Of a DNA stretch of 64,000 nt, positions 9,610-21,119 are shown one piece after another. The notes under the pieces are model-generated. The model had not been told where the DNA came from, ran no database searches, and was given only the letters and a program-made list of their open reading frames with translations. Each line of letters begins with the position of its first letter. Positions within the stretch are counted from its first letter, which is position 1. Made by a program: the position numbers and the translations under genes. Source of the stretch: Nitrososphaerota archaeon (GTDB lineage Archaea; Thermoproteota; Nitrososphaeria; Nitrososphaerales; JACPRH01); the NCBI GenBank assembly GCA_023379805.1, contig JAMCPI010000017.1, forward strand, positions 83,977-147,976, read 5' to 3'.

Positions 9610-10185
9610 ATGTCGGAGGAACCTGAAGAGAACCCAAAGCGAAAGACGCCTGATCTGAGGCGAGAGGTCGAGGAGCTGAGCCGTAGCTTAGAGGCTGAGC
9701 GGAAGCGTGCAGATGAGTATCTTACACGGTTAAAGTATCTTCAGGCTGACTTCGAGAATTACGAGAAGCGGGTCAAGCGAGAACGTGAAGATTTTGTGAA
9801 GATGAGTAGCGAGCGGATCGTTGCGAAGATGCTTCCTCTGCTGGATGAGCTGCAGATAGCTGTCGTCGAGAGCGGGAAGCTGAAGGACGCGGGTGCATTC
9901 GTTAAAGGCATGGAGATAATACTGGCTAACCTGCTTGATCTTCTTCGTCAAGAGGGAGTCGAAGAGATTGAGGCGCTTGGCCGCAAGTTCGACCCGTTGA
10001 AGCATGAGGTTGTCTCCTTCATCGAAACCGACTCTGTGGAGGAGAATACCGTCGTCAAAGAGCTCAGGAGAGGCTATCAATTGAACGGTCGCGTCATCAG
10101 GCCGAGCGTAGTAGAGGTTGCTAAGAAACCCCTAAAAGCAGGCGACCAAAACCCTGCGAATAACGTGGAGGTAACTACAGTATGA
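9610..10185 (+). CDS. grpE: Nucleotide exchange factor GrpE
   Basis: [21 protein letters not shown] coiled coil and a C-terminal beta domain ([21 protein letters not shown]). A GGGGAGGAGG SD sits upstream. First gene of grpE-dnaK-dnaJ. Confidence 0.9.
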   Translation: MSEEPEENPKRKTPDLRREVEELSRSLEAERKRADEYLTRLKYLQADFENYEKRVKREREDFVKMSSERIVAKMLPLLDELQIAVVESGKLKDAGAFVKGMEIILANLLDLLRQEGVEEIEALGRKFDPLKHEVVSFIETDSVEENTVVKELRRGYQLNGRVIRPSVVEVAKKPLKAGDQNPANNVEVTTV

Positions 10186-12083
10186 GTAAAATAATTGGAA
10201 TAGATATGGGAACAAGTAACTCAGCTGCTGCAGTAATGATGGGCGGCAGACCTACGATAATCCCCAGCGCAGAGGGAACAACCTTAGGCGGCAAAGCCTT
10301 CCCATCCTACGTCGCCTTCACCAAGGATGATCAGCTGCTCGTCGGCGAACCGGCGCGGCGGCAAGCTGTCTCCAACCCTGAAGGAACAATTTACGCGATA
10401 AAGCGGAAGATGGGAACCAACTACAAGGTTGCCATCCACGGGAAGGAGTTTACTCCCCAGCAGATATCCGCCTTCATCCTTCAGAAGATTAAGCGTGACG
10501 CCGAAGCATTCATAGGCGAGAAGGTTGAAAAGGCCGTTATCACAGTACCAGCGTACTTCAACGATAACCAGAGGCAGGCAACCAAAGACGCGGGTACAAT
10601 CGCAGGCTTAGAGGTTGTTCGCATCATCAACGAGCCTACTGCTGCATCGCTCGCCTACGGTCTCGACAAGTCGGATAAGGAGCTAAAGATTCTCGTCTTC
10701 GACTTCGGAGGCGGCACCCTTGATGTCACAATCATGGATTTCGGAGGCGGCGTCTTCGAAGTGAAGTCGACCAGCGGTGATACGCAGCTCGGCGGCACCG
10801 ACATGGACAACACTCTCACAAGCTACGTAGCAAGCGAGTTCAAGAAGGACACAGGCATCGACTTAACCAACGACCGGACTGCAACGCAGCGTATCAGGGA
10901 AGCGGTTGAGAAGGCCAAGATTGAGCTGTCCACCACGCTCACCAGCGACATCAACCTCCCCTTCATCTCAGCCGACGCATCAGGGCCTAAACATCTGACC
11001 ATGACTCTAACCAGAGCGAAGCTAGAGGATCTAGTCCGGCCAATTGTGGATCGCTGCCGCCACCCGATGGAGCAGGCGCTTAGCGACGCCAAGATGACGC
11101 CTAAGGATGTTGACCGGATTATCTTGGTCGGCGGACCCACACGTATGCCGATTGTACGCAAGTTCGTTGAAGAGTTTGTTGGAAAGGAGGCTGAACACGG
11201 TGTCGACCCTATGGAGTGTGTGGCTGTTGGCGCCGCAATACAGGGCGGGATCTTGGCGGGTGAAGTCAAGGATATATTGCTCCTCGACGTTACACCACTC
11301 TCACTCGGTGTGGAGACGCTCGGCGGAGTCATGACGAAGCTAATTGAACGTAACACCACGATACCGACTAAGAAGACCCAGATATTCTCAACAGCCGCGG
11401 ACTTCCAGACCGCCGTAACCATCCATGTGCTGCAGGGCGAACGGGCTATGGCCGGTGACAATATTTCGCTAGGCATGTTCAACCTTGAAGGAATACCTCC
11501 GGCGCCGCGAGGAGTTCCTCAGATCGAGATCACCTACGATATTGACGCTAACGGCATCTTAAGCGTCGCAGCTAAGGATTTGGCGACGAAGAAAGAGCAG
11601 AAAATCACAATCACCGCTTCAACCAAGCTCTCAAGCGACGATAAGGAGCGTATGGTGAAAGATGCTGAGAAGTACGCTGAGGAAGACAAGAAGCGGCGTG
11701 AAACAGTCGAGATACGGAACAACGCTGAATCGATGATTTACACCGCTGAGAAAACAAAATCGGATCTGCAGGACAAAATCTCGAAGGAGCAGGTAGATCG
11801 GCTAGACAAGGCCGTGTCTGAGCTGAAGGAGAGCTTGAAAGGTGAAGACACCGCTAAAATCAAGGCTTCGAGCGAAAACCTCGGAAAAGTACTGCAGGAG
11901 ATAGGTACACAAGTCTACCAACAGGCAGCTGCCGCTCAGCAAGCAGCATCTCAAGCACAGACTCAACAGCAGCAGCCGGGAGCAGCAGGAGCCGAAGGAG
12001 GCGCCGGCCCGAAGACAGATGAAAAGGTCGTTGACGCCGATTACAAGGTAGTCGACGAAGATAAGGAGAAGAAGCAACAATAA
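10182..12083 (+). CDS. dnaK: Molecular chaperone DnaK (Hsp70)
   Basis: [27 protein letters not shown] and other Hsp70 signatures. ATGA overlap with grpE. Confidence 0.97.
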   Translation: MSKIIGIDMGTSNSAAAVMMGGRPTIIPSAEGTTLGGKAFPSYVAFTKDDQLLVGEPARRQAVSNPEGTIYAIKRKMGTNYKVAIHGKEFTPQQISAFILQKIKRDAEAFIGEKVEKAVITVPAYFNDNQRQATKDAGTIAGLEVVRIINEPTAASLAYGLDKSDKELKILVFDFGGGTLDVTIMDFGGGVFEVKSTSGDTQLGGTDMDNTLTSYVASEFKKDTGIDLTNDRTATQRIREAVEKAKIELSTTLTSDINLPFISADASGPKHLTMTLTRAKLEDLVRPIVDRCRHPMEQALSDAKMTPKDVDRIILVGGPTRMPIVRKFVEEFVGKEAEHGVDPMECVAVGAAIQGGILAGEVKDILLLDVTPLSLGVETLGGVMTKLIERNTTIPTKKTQIFSTAADFQTAVTIHVLQGERAMAGDNISLGMFNLEGIPPAPRGVPQIEITYDIDANGILSVAAKDLATKKEQKITITASTKLSSDDKERMVKDAEKYAEEDKKRRETVEIRNNAESMIYTAEKTKSDLQDKISKEQVDRLDKAVSELKESLKGEDTAKIKASSENLGKVLQEIGTQVYQQAAAAQQAASQAQTQQQQPGAAGAEGGAGPKTDEKVVDADYKVVDEDKEKKQQ

Positions 12084-12126
12084 CAGTAGCATCAGCGGGT
12101 AAGGCTGGGCTGGTTGACGATGAATA

Positions 12127-13260
12127 ATGAGCGGCAAACGTGATTATTATGATGTTCTCGGAGTATCGAAGAACGCCTCGAAGGACGAGGTAAAACGCGC
12201 CTACAGGAAACTCGCTCTACAATACCATCCTGACCGGAACAAGTCACCTGACGCGGAGGAGAAGTTCAAGGAAATCTCCGAAGCCTACGCCGTCCTGTCT
12301 GACGAAACTAAGCGGCAGCAGTACGATCAGTTCGGTCACGCTGGCATTAACCGCCAGTACACTACCGAGGATATCTTCCGAAACGCCGACTTTGAAACCA
12401 TCTTCAGAGACATGGGGTTCGGCGGCGGCTTCAACGACATCTTCGAACAGATGTTCAGAGGCTTCGGCGGTTTCGGTCAGTACCAGCGGGGCCCGCCGAA
12501 AGGCGCAGATCTACGGTACGACTTGGAGATGTCACTGGAGGAGGCTGCTAAAGGCATCAACAAAACGATACAGCTCTACCGAACCGATCGGTGCGATGTC
12601 TGCAAAGGTTCGGGAGCAAAACCCGGCACCAAAGTAACGAAATGCTCAAGCTGCAACGGTACAGGTCAAGTACAGCACGTCCAGTCAACCGGCTTCGCCC
12701 GGCTAATCCGGGTTGAGCCTTGCAGAAACTGCAGCGGGCGCGGCGAAGTAATCCAGACCCCTTGCAGCGAGTGCAGAGGCTCCGGTGTAAAGAAGCGCAT
12801 ACGAACGATCGATGTCAGCATCCCCCCTGGGGTCGACAGCGGATCAACTCTACGGCTGTCCGGTGAAGGTGAAGCAGGTCCCGGAGGCGGGTCTTCAGGC
12901 GATCTTTACGTGGTCGTCTACGTGAAGCCTCACCCTGAGTTCACCCGAAGCGGTGATGACATTGTTTATGAGCAGAGAATCAACTTTGCGCAGGCCGCCT
13001 TAGGAGTCGAGGTTGAGGTTCCTGCGCTGGACGGTAGCTTAAGCTTGAACATACCCGCTGGCACCCAGAGTGGAACAGTTCTCCGCCTCAAGGGGAAAGG
13101 GATGCCGCATCTACAGCATTACGGGCGAGGTGACGAGCTGATCCGGGTTATCGTTGAGATTCCGACTAGCCTCAGCAAAGAGCAGCGGCAGCTCATAGAG
13201 GATCTCGGTAAAACACTCGGCACAGATTCGTCAAAGAAGAAGAAAAGCATCTTCCGGTAG
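12127..13260 (+). CDS. dnaJ: Molecular chaperone DnaJ (type I)
   Basis: J domain with HPD (YHPDRN), a G/F-rich region and four CxxCxGxG zinc motifs. Confidence 0.95.
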   Translation: MSGKRDYYDVLGVSKNASKDEVKRAYRKLALQYHPDRNKSPDAEEKFKEISEAYAVLSDETKRQQYDQFGHAGINRQYTTEDIFRNADFETIFRDMGFGGGFNDIFEQMFRGFGGFGQYQRGPPKGADLRYDLEMSLEEAAKGINKTIQLYRTDRCDVCKGSGAKPGTKVTKCSSCNGTGQVQHVQSTGFARLIRVEPCRNCSGRGEVIQTPCSECRGSGVKKRIRTIDVSIPPGVDSGSTLRLSGEGEAGPGGGSSGDLYVVVYVKPHPEFTRSGDDIVYEQRINFAQAALGVEVEVPALDGSLSLNIPAGTQSGTVLRLKGKGMPHLQHYGRGDELIRVIVEIPTSLSKEQRQLIEDLGKTLGTDSSKKKKSIFR

Positions 13261-13333
13261 CAGGTTTCGTTTCACCGAGAAGTTCGTAAATATCACCTGT
13301 ATCGTCTCGAAGACGCGGGGCCGGTGAAGCCAT

Positions 13334-14467
13334 GTGCATCTGTTCGTGACTCTAACGCATGAATGTAACCTGAAGTGTAGCTACTGCTACGGCAAATGCT
13401 GCGACGACTTCGGCTCAAGTGAAGACGACGGTGATAGCGGTTTCGGCGAAGTGGATTACGATTTGCCGGACAATATCTCCTATGATGTTTCCGATTTGAG
13501 GATGTTTGCTGAGAAGGAGCCCGTTGAGAATCTCATCTTCTACGGCGGTGAGCCGCTTCTCCGTCTCGACACTCTCTACGAGATGATGGATGAGGTGCCT
13601 GCGAAACGTTTCATGGTTCAAACGAATGGGCTGCTACTGCATCAGCTGGAGCCGAGTTATCTGCGGAGGCTGCATACGTTGCTGGTCTCGGTTGACGGAG
13701 CTGAGGATGTGACTGATGGCTATAGGGGGCGCGGTGTGTACAGGCGAGTGCTTGAACAGGTTAGGCTGGCTAGGGAACGCGGGTTTACAGGGGAGGTTGT
13801 AGCACGGATGACTGTCGGTCGTCAAACCGATATCGACGCGCAGGTTCTGCATCTTCTGCTTGAAACCGGTGGGCTGTTCGACTCTGTTCACTGGCAGCTC
13901 GATGCGCAGTTCTGGCGAAGCGACTATGATCCGAAGGGCTTCTCCCAATGGGTGCGGAGTAACTACAAGCCAAGGCTTCTCAATCTCATCGAGGAGTGGG
14001 TTAAACGGATGGAGACGAAGCGTCAGGTGCTGCGCATCTATCCGTTCTTGGGTGTCACTGAAACTCTGCTAACCGGTTTGCCGCCGGGTCTTCGATGCGG
14101 TTCAGGGTGGGCTCAGCTTACAGTGCAGACCAACGGTGCGCTGGCGGCCTGCCCCGCGATGCTGGGTATGAAACGTTACTACTTCGGCAGCATCCGCTGC
14201 GGAGTTCAGATAGGTAATGCTTCTGCTCTGGGCTCTCCTTGCAGCAGTTGTCGGACGCTCAAGCTCTGCGGAGGAAGATGTCTCTATGCGAATATTACGA
14301 AGCTTTGGAATGAGACCGGGTTCAGGCTGGTCTGCAGCACAGTCAAGACATTGACAGATGGGCTTCAAGCTGCGTTGCCAAGAATCCAAGGCCTCCTCAA
14401 AAACGGTGACCTCTCCCAGTCAGACTTCGAGTACACCAAGTTCAACAGCTGCGAAATCATACCTTAA
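13334..14467 (+). CDS. Radical SAM enzyme with a C-terminal Cys-rich (SPASM/twitch-like) domain
   Basis: CNLKCSYC (CX3CX2C) at the N-terminus and an acidic insert. C-terminal cysteines: CGSGW, ACPAM, CSSC..LCGGRC. GTG start. Confidence 0.8.
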   Translation: MHLFVTLTHECNLKCSYCYGKCCDDFGSSEDDGDSGFGEVDYDLPDNISYDVSDLRMFAEKEPVENLIFYGGEPLLRLDTLYEMMDEVPAKRFMVQTNGLLLHQLEPSYLRRLHTLLVSVDGAEDVTDGYRGRGVYRRVLEQVRLARERGFTGEVVARMTVGRQTDIDAQVLHLLLETGGLFDSVHWQLDAQFWRSDYDPKGFSQWVRSNYKPRLLNLIEEWVKRMETKRQVLRIYPFLGVTETLLTGLPPGLRCGSGWAQLTVQTNGALAACPAMLGMKRYYFGSIRCGVQIGNASALGSPCSSCRTLKLCGGRCLYANITKLWNETGFRLVCSTVKTLTDGLQAALPRIQGLLKNGDLSQSDFEYTKFNSCEIIP

Positions 14468-14546
14468 ATTAACAGCTTGCTGTTTAGAGGTTCACGCCTA
14501 AATCACAGGAGTCTTCACTATCAGCCGGGAGGGGCAGTTACTACAG

Positions 14547-15842
14547 ATGGCTACGCTGAAACGCGGGCTAGGGCTTTTCGATGTAACAACTTATGGTGTA
14601 GGCTTGATTCTCGGTGCAGGCATCTATGTTCTGATCGGTAAAGCAGCTGAGACTGCGGGGAACATGCTGTGGTTGTCCTTCGTCATAGTTGCTGTGATCG
14701 CGACCTTCACAGGTCTCAGCTACGCTGAGCTCTCCTCGATGTATCCGAAGGCTGCTGCTGAGTACGTATTCATCAAGAAGGCGTTCAACAGTGACTTTCT
14801 CGCGTTCATAGTGGGTTGGCTGATAGTTTTCACAACCACTATCTCAGCCTCAACTATATCGCTGGGCTTCGCAGGCTACCTGTCAGGTCTCTCAGGTCTA
14901 CCTATCCCGTTAACCGCTTCACTTCTAATAATCGCGTTGTCGCTGGTCAACTTTTACGGGATACAGGAATCGTCTTGGATGAATATCCTTTTTACACTCG
15001 TAGAGGTTTTGGGTCTCACAATAATCATCTACCTAGGCTTCGTCTTCGGGGCACATAACCCTGCGATCTATCTGGAGAACCCGTTCGGCTTCAGCGGTAT
15101 ATTGGCAGCTATTCCGTTAATCTTCTTCGCCTACATAGGTTTTGAGCATATAGCTAACGTGGCGGAGGAGACGAAGAATCCTAGATGGGTGTTGCCTAGG
15201 GCTGTTGTGCTGTCTATATTGATTTCCGCTGTACTCTATGTGCTTGTTTCGCTTGCCGCTGTCAGCATCATGGATTGGAGGGCGCTAGGCTCTTCGCTTT
15301 CGCCGTTGGCGGATGTCGCTGGAATCGTGATAGGTTCCCGTGGATATCTTCTTCTCTCCGTAATAGCTCTTTTCGCAACCACTAACACGGTGCTGATATC
15401 GTTGATAGCTGGCTCCCGCATACTTTACGGTATGGCGGAACAGCACTCTCTGCCACTGTTTCTGTCAAAAGTTCACTCTAAGAGAAGAACACCTTGGTTA
15501 TCAATAATCGCGGTGATGATTATCGCTGTGGGCTTGGCGCTTATCGAGAACATGGTGACAATCGCCGAAATTACCGTGTTCACAATAGTGGTAACCTTCA
15601 CCTTCGTCAACCTATCATTAATCTGGTTAAGGTTCAAGGAGCCGAACACGGAGCGGCCGTTCAAAGTACCGGTGAATATTGGGAAGTTTCCGGTTCTACC
15701 CTTCTTAGGAGTCGTTACCTCTATAGCTGGTATAGCTCAGTTCGACATCTACGTTGTCTCAGTAGGGCTGAGTGTAATCGGTCTAGCTGCAATATTCTTT
15801 CTGGTTTACTCAAGAAAACGTGTCTCACCTAAACATGAGTAA
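14547..15842 (+). CDS. APC superfamily amino acid/polyamine permease
   Basis: About 12 TM helices; the N-terminal GLFDVTTYGVGLILGAGIYVLIG is typical of APC transporters. Confidence 0.85.
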   Translation: MATLKRGLGLFDVTTYGVGLILGAGIYVLIGKAAETAGNMLWLSFVIVAVIATFTGLSYAELSSMYPKAAAEYVFIKKAFNSDFLAFIVGWLIVFTTTISASTISLGFAGYLSGLSGLPIPLTASLLIIALSLVNFYGIQESSWMNILFTLVEVLGLTIIIYLGFVFGAHNPAIYLENPFGFSGILAAIPLIFFAYIGFEHIANVAEETKNPRWVLPRAVVLSILISAVLYVLVSLAAVSIMDWRALGSSLSPLADVAGIVIGSRGYLLLSVIALFATTNTVLISLIAGSRILYGMAEQHSLPLFLSKVHSKRRTPWLSIIAVMIIAVGLALIENMVTIAEITVFTIVVTFTFVNLSLIWLRFKEPNTERPFKVPVNIGKFPVLPFLGVVTSIAGIAQFDIYVVSVGLSVIGLAAIFFLVYSRKRVSPKHE

Positions 15843-15899
15843 CTGCTGCTGGCTCAGTTAGAGAACGAATTATATCGGTCGTTACTGTGGTGTTGGACG

Positions 15900-18866
15900 A
15901 TGTCTCTTGAGCCTCGCAGCTTTGTACTAGGTTACTTAGCCGCCGCTGTGGAGATGCTTGAGTCACGTGTATGGTTTAGGATGGGTAACGAGCTTAACAG
16001 GCTCGGGGGCTACATCGAGTTTGATCAGCACGCGAGGTTGATATCAGCTGTTTTCCCCGGTAAACTCGACCAGTCCGTTATTCTGGCCACCTTTGACGGC
16101 TTGATTAGACAGGGAGCAGTCGAGATTGAGTACAGGTCGAATAAGAGTACCTACTATGGGCAGGAGCTTGTAGTAGGTTCACGATGCATTTTAGAGGCAA
16201 GCCAAGCTAAACCAGCTGTTACGAAGGCGGTTGAGACGTGGCTTCAGGAACTCTTCTCCAACGCCAAGTTCGCAGCGCTCTATAGCTTAGCTGTAAAAGA
16301 TACTTATCCTGACAATCTGCTTCAAACTGTTGCGCCGGAGGAGTTTGCTCGCCTACGCTCCTCAGGACTTATTGGAAGATGGTGTGTAGAGGAGCCCTCT
16401 GGCATCGCGCGCAGAAAGGTCTTAGCGTTCAGATCAGGTACGCCGCTGGCAAAAATCGTGGGTCAGGCGGTGACCGGGGAGGCCGCTGTTAAAGCGGCGG
16501 GTGAAATGAAGGAGAAGGTTTCTCAGCTACCTACGAATCAGAAGCGTCTTCTATCCGTTATCAGCCGCTTCGGGCATCTGACCGTCGGTAAAGGTATAGG
16601 TCAGCAGTACTCAAGTCAACCCGGCAGCAACCAGCAAGCATTAGCTGCGCTCTTCTCAGATATTGAGGTGACGAAGGACTCTATACTGGCTATCGCTGGG
16701 TGGGATACCGGTTTAACTCATCAGGAGATAGATGAGGCTTACGAGCAGCTTCTCCAGAAAGGCTATCTTGTAAAGGTGCGGCACATTGTTTACGGCGGCA
16801 TCTACCGAGACGATGTTGTCCCGATTCTGAAGGAGCCTGACACTGGAACATCAACTGTAGATGTGAAACCTTATGTGGATTACTGGTTAAAGGAGGACAT
16901 AACGCAGATACAGCTTCTGGATGAGGTGTTAAGCCGCCAGAAGCCGAACCGGTTAAGCGTCAAGGAGAGCGAGGTAGTCTCCTTCTCAAGACTCACCGAG
17001 AACACGCCTCCGAAAGAGGTGCCCGGAATCTACATATGCACAAGTGAAGGAGTAACCATCAACCCTAGTGTAAGAGGCAGGCTTCGAGAAGAGATTGATA
17101 AAGTAAAACTGGAGATGGCGAAGAGTCTCTACTCTAGACTGCCTTCGCTTAAAAAACGCTACGAAGAGGATCCGTTGTACGCGGTGCAGGAAGAACCTAG
17201 CAAGCAGCGAGTCAGAATCTACGCGCCTAAAGCCTCCTACCTCATAATGACTGAAGCTTGGCTTAACTCTAAACAAATAGAAGAGGTAAGAGCCTTGTCT
17301 TCACAGGTTGATCACACGCTTCTCTTCATAGTGCATCAGAAGCAGATATGGGTAAAGGAGGTTCTGAAGCCTCAACCCCCCATTCCTAACCTAGGCATCG
17401 CCTACGTCAGCCAGCAAAACATTCTGTTAGACTCAACCGACAAAAGCGTCTTCGAAGACATCATAAACGACATACGGCTCGACCGTAAAGCATCTTTGGA
17501 CCAGAAGACGTTGCTCCCACCGGAGAAAACGGTTACAGTAGAAAACGCTGCACCTGAAGTAACGCCGACGCAGATGTCAACAACTTCGCTTGAAACGCCC
17601 TCAGCAACCCCGGCAACAATAGCGACACCAGATCCAATCTCTGTTGCAGCGCCAGTCGCAGCGTCGAAACCTGTTTCTCGTCCACCCAGCATCTCTTCAA
17701 CCTCATCAGCTGGGAAGATGATCCTCGGCCAACTTGTTGAGATAGAGGATCTTCAGTACGTGGTTGCTGATTCCGGTCTTGATAGAGGCCAGAAACGTGA
17801 CAGTCTCAAACCTGTAGGTGATTTTCTCCTTCCAATCGAGGTGATGGCTACTCACACCGCGATATTCGGCGCGAACCAAGGCGGTAAAACCACCACAACA
17901 AAGAGGCTGATAGCTGAGCTCTCCCGGCTCAAAATACCTGTGTTGATAATTGATTGGCACAGCGAGTACACTGATCTTACTAGGCGGCTGGGCGGATCCA
18001 TACTTGTTCCTCCTACTGCACTGGTGAAGCCGCAGGATGATGAGATTCCTCTAACATGGAATATTCTTGATCCACGTTTCTACGCGATGCAGCTCAACGA
18101 AGAGGTTCTCGAGGACTACATCGGTCTAGTAGTTAACATGCTGTCGATGAAGCAGATCATGAACCTCACCGAGCCGATGAAGAGCGCGATGACGAATGCG
18201 CTTCGCAACGCTTACAGCCTCACAGATATTTCCAACGGTAAGTTCCCTACTTTCGACGATATCCGCAAAGCCCTTGAGGGGCTGCCGCTGCAAACAGGGA
18301 CACTGGATGCGTTGATACGTAGATTGAACATTATGACCGCTGGCACCTTAGGCTCAATATTCTGCGACCAGACCAGCTTCAACCCTTCAGTGCTATTCAA
18401 CAAGAATGTCTGCATAAAGATGAACCATCTCACCGAGGACTTTGATTATGCAGTGGGGCTTCTAACCTTCTTCATACTGAGGCAGGCTGCCAGCTACTTC
18501 AAAACACTCGGCGAAGCTCCTCACGACCATCCTCTACGACATGTGGTGGTTATTGACGAGGCTCCAGCTGTACTAAGATCCTACAGCGATGTGCAGAAGC
18601 TTCTCGGAAGAATGTTGGAGGAGCTCAGGAAGTTCGGGGAAGGCGTAATCATAGTCGCCCGCAACACAGACATCCCGAAGATAGTGCTCAGAGAAACAAA
18701 CCAGAAGATCGTGCATAAACTCCAGCTCCCACAGGACATAGACGGCGCCGCAGAGATGCTTGGGATAAAGCCGCAGAAGGACATAATCGCGGATCTGCCA
18801 CCGGGCGTCTGCTTCCTCAAATCCGCAGGCGACAAACCGAAACTAGTCAGAATCTCCAAACCATAA
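15900..18866 (+). CDS. Large HerA/FtsK-like (DUF87-type) P-loop ATPase with an uncharacterised ~600-aa N-terminal region
   Basis: Walker A GANQGGKTT (17868-17894), Walker B VVVIDEA (18543-18563) and a C-terminal VIIVARNT..IVHKLQLPQD block as in HerA-like ATPases. A Pro/Ser/Thr/Ala-rich linker lies at about 17520-17720. The N-terminal part has no motif I recognise. Confidence 0.7.
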   Translation: MSLEPRSFVLGYLAAAVEMLESRVWFRMGNELNRLGGYIEFDQHARLISAVFPGKLDQSVILATFDGLIRQGAVEIEYRSNKSTYYGQELVVGSRCILEASQAKPAVTKAVETWLQELFSNAKFAALYSLAVKDTYPDNLLQTVAPEEFARLRSSGLIGRWCVEEPSGIARRKVLAFRSGTPLAKIVGQAVTGEAAVKAAGEMKEKVSQLPTNQKRLLSVISRFGHLTVGKGIGQQYSSQPGSNQQALAALFSDIEVTKDSILAIAGWDTGLTHQEIDEAYEQLLQKGYLVKVRHIVYGGIYRDDVVPILKEPDTGTSTVDVKPYVDYWLKEDITQIQLLDEVLSRQKPNRLSVKESEVVSFSRLTENTPPKEVPGIYICTSEGVTINPSVRGRLREEIDKVKLEMAKSLYSRLPSLKKRYEEDPLYAVQEEPSKQRVRIYAPKASYLIMTEAWLNSKQIEEVRALSSQVDHTLLFIVHQKQIWVKEVLKPQPPIPNLGIAYVSQQNILLDSTDKSVFEDIINDIRLDRKASLDQKTLLPPEKTVTVENAAPEVTPTQMSTTSLETPSATPATIATPDPISVAAPVAASKPVSRPPSISSTSSAGKMILGQLVEIEDLQYVVADSGLDRGQKRDSLKPVGDFLLPIEVMATHTAIFGANQGGKTTTTKRLIAELSRLKIPVLIIDWHSEYTDLTRRLGGSILVPPTALVKPQDDEIPLTWNILDPRFYAMQLNEEVLEDYIGLVVNMLSMKQIMNLTEPMKSAMTNALRNAYSLTDISNGKFPTFDDIRKALEGLPLQTGTLDALIRRLNIMTAGTLGSIFCDQTSFNPSVLFNKNVCIKMNHLTEDFDYAVGLLTFFILRQAASYFKTLGEAPHDHPLRHVVVIDEAPAVLRSYSDVQKLLGRMLEELRKFGEGVIIVARNTDIPKIVLRETNQKIVHKLQLPQDIDGAAEMLGIKPQKDIIADLPPGVCFLKSAGDKPKLVRISKP

Positions 18867-18901
18867 AAGATCTAACCGGGCTCCTACCCATGTTTTACCC
18901 G

Positions 18902-20602
18902 TTAGCTCTTCCGCTCTTCGTCTTCTGTTCGAGCCTCCGAACCGTGGACGTATATTCGGCCTCTCATTACTGAGAATAGTGCTGCGGTAATCGACAGGGC
19001 GGCTGCTAGGTAGAATGTCTGCTTTAACGCGGACATGAAGGCGGGTGCAATTATGTTCGGGAAGAAGGTGAAGCCTGTCAGGTGGTTGATTAATGATTGA
19101 GCGATGGTTTTGACGAGTGAATCCGGTAGCTGGTTTATGACTGTCTGCATAGGATTGTAGCCTAGGAAGGCGGCGAACAGTGCGCCGGTGGGCGGGATTT
19201 GGCTGAATACGGGTGCGAGCTGCGGAACCCCGATCTTCGTCATAGCTGAGGTGAAGGCTGCAGGCAGGTTGTTAGCTAACGAGGTGATGACTATGGTGAA
19301 GAAGAGCGCTAGGCTGCTTGTCTGACCTATGTTTTGAAGCGTAGCCATCATCCCTGAAGCTACACCTCGATGTTCAGGCGGAACAGAGTTCATGATGGAA
19401 GCGGTGTTAGGCGCCGCGAACATGCCGCCTCCCACACCCATGAAGAAGATGATGACAGCGAACTGCAAGTAATCGAAGTTGTAGGGTAGAAGCGTCAACG
19501 CGAGGAAGGAGACCGCAGTTATGATCATCGCTACTGTAGCGAAACCCCGCGCACCATACTTGTCGGAAAGCCAGCCGCTAATAGGCCCCATTAAAATGAA
19601 GCCTACAAGCATCGGTATCATGAATACTCCTGCCCAAAACGGGGTATCTTCGTAGCTGAAGCCGTGAAGCGGCAGCCATATTCCCTGTAGCAGAATCGTA
19701 AGCATAATCATGACTCCGCCGCGGCTTATCGAGCTCAGGAGCCCCGCGAAGTTAGCTGCGCTAAACATTCGAATCTTGAAGAGCTCAAGCCTAAACATCG
19801 GTTCCTGAACACGTCTCTCAATGAAGGGGAACACTGCGAGAAGAGCCGCTCCTGCGGTGAAAGAAGCTATGACCCACGGGTTGCTCCAACCCATCGCCGA
19901 GCTTTCATACGGGAGTAGGCCGTAAGTCACCCCTATCAGAATGAGGGTTAAACCTGCTCCGAAGACCACGTTTCCAACCACGTCGATCTTCTGGTTTCCT
20001 CGGATTGAGCCTATTTCTTTGAGCTTCCAGTAGGACCAGGCAGTTCCGATTAACCCTATAGGCACGCTGACTAGGAAGACGTAACGCCAGTTGAACGCCG
20101 ATAAGACACCTCCTAGGATTAACCCTATTAGTGAACCGGTTAGCGCGGAGACCTGATTGATGCCGAGAGCTTTTCCCCGCTCCTTAGCTGGGAATGCGTC
20201 GGTGATTATGGCTGCGCTGTTGGAGAAGAGGAAGGCCGCTCCTACTCCTTGAATGACTCTGAAGCCTATTATCTCAAGGGCTCCGAGATCGCCGTTATTC
20301 GGCGTTAGAAAGAGCGCTATTGATCCTGCTGTGAAGATTGCGAAGCCGAGGTTGTACAGCCTTACTCTGCCGAAAATATCTGATATGCGGCCGAAAGTTA
20401 CCAGCAGAGTAGCTGTAACTATGCTGTAGCCGAAGAGGATCCACAGCAGATACTGAAATGATGTTAAAGGATCGATGTTAATCCCGCGGAATATCGCGGG
20501 CAGCGAGATCAGTACAATGTTCGTGTTGATTGTGGCCATCAGCACCCCTATCGTGGTGTTAGAGAGAGCCACCCACTTGTACTGAACCATAACGCAGTCC
20601 AA
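18902..20602 (-). CDS. MFS transporter (14-TM, DHA2/EmrB-like)
   Basis: About 14 hydrophobic helices and the motif [13 protein letters not shown] (MFS motif A-like). Confidence 0.85.
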   Translation of the reverse strand: MDCVMVQYKWVALSNTTIGVLMATINTNIVLISLPAIFRGINIDPLTSFQYLLWILFGYSIVTATLLVTFGRISDIFGRVRLYNLGFAIFTAGSIALFLTPNNGDLGALEIIGFRVIQGVGAAFLFSNSAAIITDAFPAKERGKALGINQVSALTGSLIGLILGGVLSAFNWRYVFLVSVPIGLIGTAWSYWKLKEIGSIRGNQKIDVVGNVVFGAGLTLILIGVTYGLLPYESSAMGWSNPWVIASFTAGAALLAVFPFIERRVQEPMFRLELFKIRMFSAANFAGLLSSISRGGVMIMLTILLQGIWLPLHGFSYEDTPFWAGVFMIPMLVGFILMGPISGWLSDKYGARGFATVAMIITAVSFLALTLLPYNFDYLQFAVIIFFMGVGGGMFAAPNTASIMNSVPPEHRGVASGMMATLQNIGQTSSLALFFTIVITSLANNLPAAFTSAMTKIGVPQLAPVFSQIPPTGALFAAFLGYNPMQTVINQLPDSLVKTIAQSLINHLTGFTFFPNIIAPAFMSALKQTFYLAAALSITAALFSVMRGRIYVHGSEARTEDEERKS

Positions 20603-20725
20603 CTATAAATTGCATAAATGGTTAACTGCTAAACAATTTAACGTCCACCCGATATACATAAACAATCAGTACTCTGTAGTCTCCTAGAGCCGCTACTTTA
20701 GCTGGCTCTGCTAGTCTTCTACTGT

Positions 20726-21100
20726 TTATTCTTGGAGTATTCTGTTGGCTAAAGATGTGACCGCTTTGCGTTCCGACGTCAGCCCTTTAGCTGATGTAAT
20801 GGTGATTTCGCAGAGGATGTTGCCGTCTTGGCAGTTGAATGAGTATCCTCTGGTCTGCAGTTCCTTCGCGAACATTACTCTTCTCTCCAACCCTTGTAGC
20901 TCAGTGTTAGGCGGTGCGCTGCATAGGTAAATCAGGACCTCGATGAAGAAGGAGGGTTGGCCTGAAGCGGCGTCAAGTCTGGCTCCAGCACCTACACGAT
21001 AGTTGTTGTTCTTCTCAAGAACAGTGTAAGACTCGTTGTGTTCAGAACTCTTAGCCTCCTTAAGCATGTCCTTTGTCGTTACCCGGTTTTTTCCTGTCAC
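20726..21100 (-). CDS. Hypothetical protein, last gene of the ABC-2 operon
   Basis: Same strand as the permease and 20 nt downstream of it. No recognisable motif. Confidence 0.4.
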   Translation of the reverse strand: MTGKNRVTTKDMLKEAKSSEHNESYTVLEKNNNYRVGAGARLDAASGQPSFFIEVLIYLCSAPPNTELQGLERRVMFAKELQTRGYSFNCQDGNILCEITITSAKGLTSERKAVTSLANRILQE

Positions 21101-21119
21101 CTTTGATCACCGGCTGGGA

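Noticed and set aside
10823-11482. A 219-codon ORF antisense to dnaK, and similar antisense ORFs inside pepA, the CDF gene, grpE, the rSAM gene, TreZ, the debranching enzyme gene and HMGR.
   Set aside because: They are fully embedded opposite strongly supported conserved genes. Their products are low-complexity or Arg/Ser-rich, which is typical of shadow ORFs.
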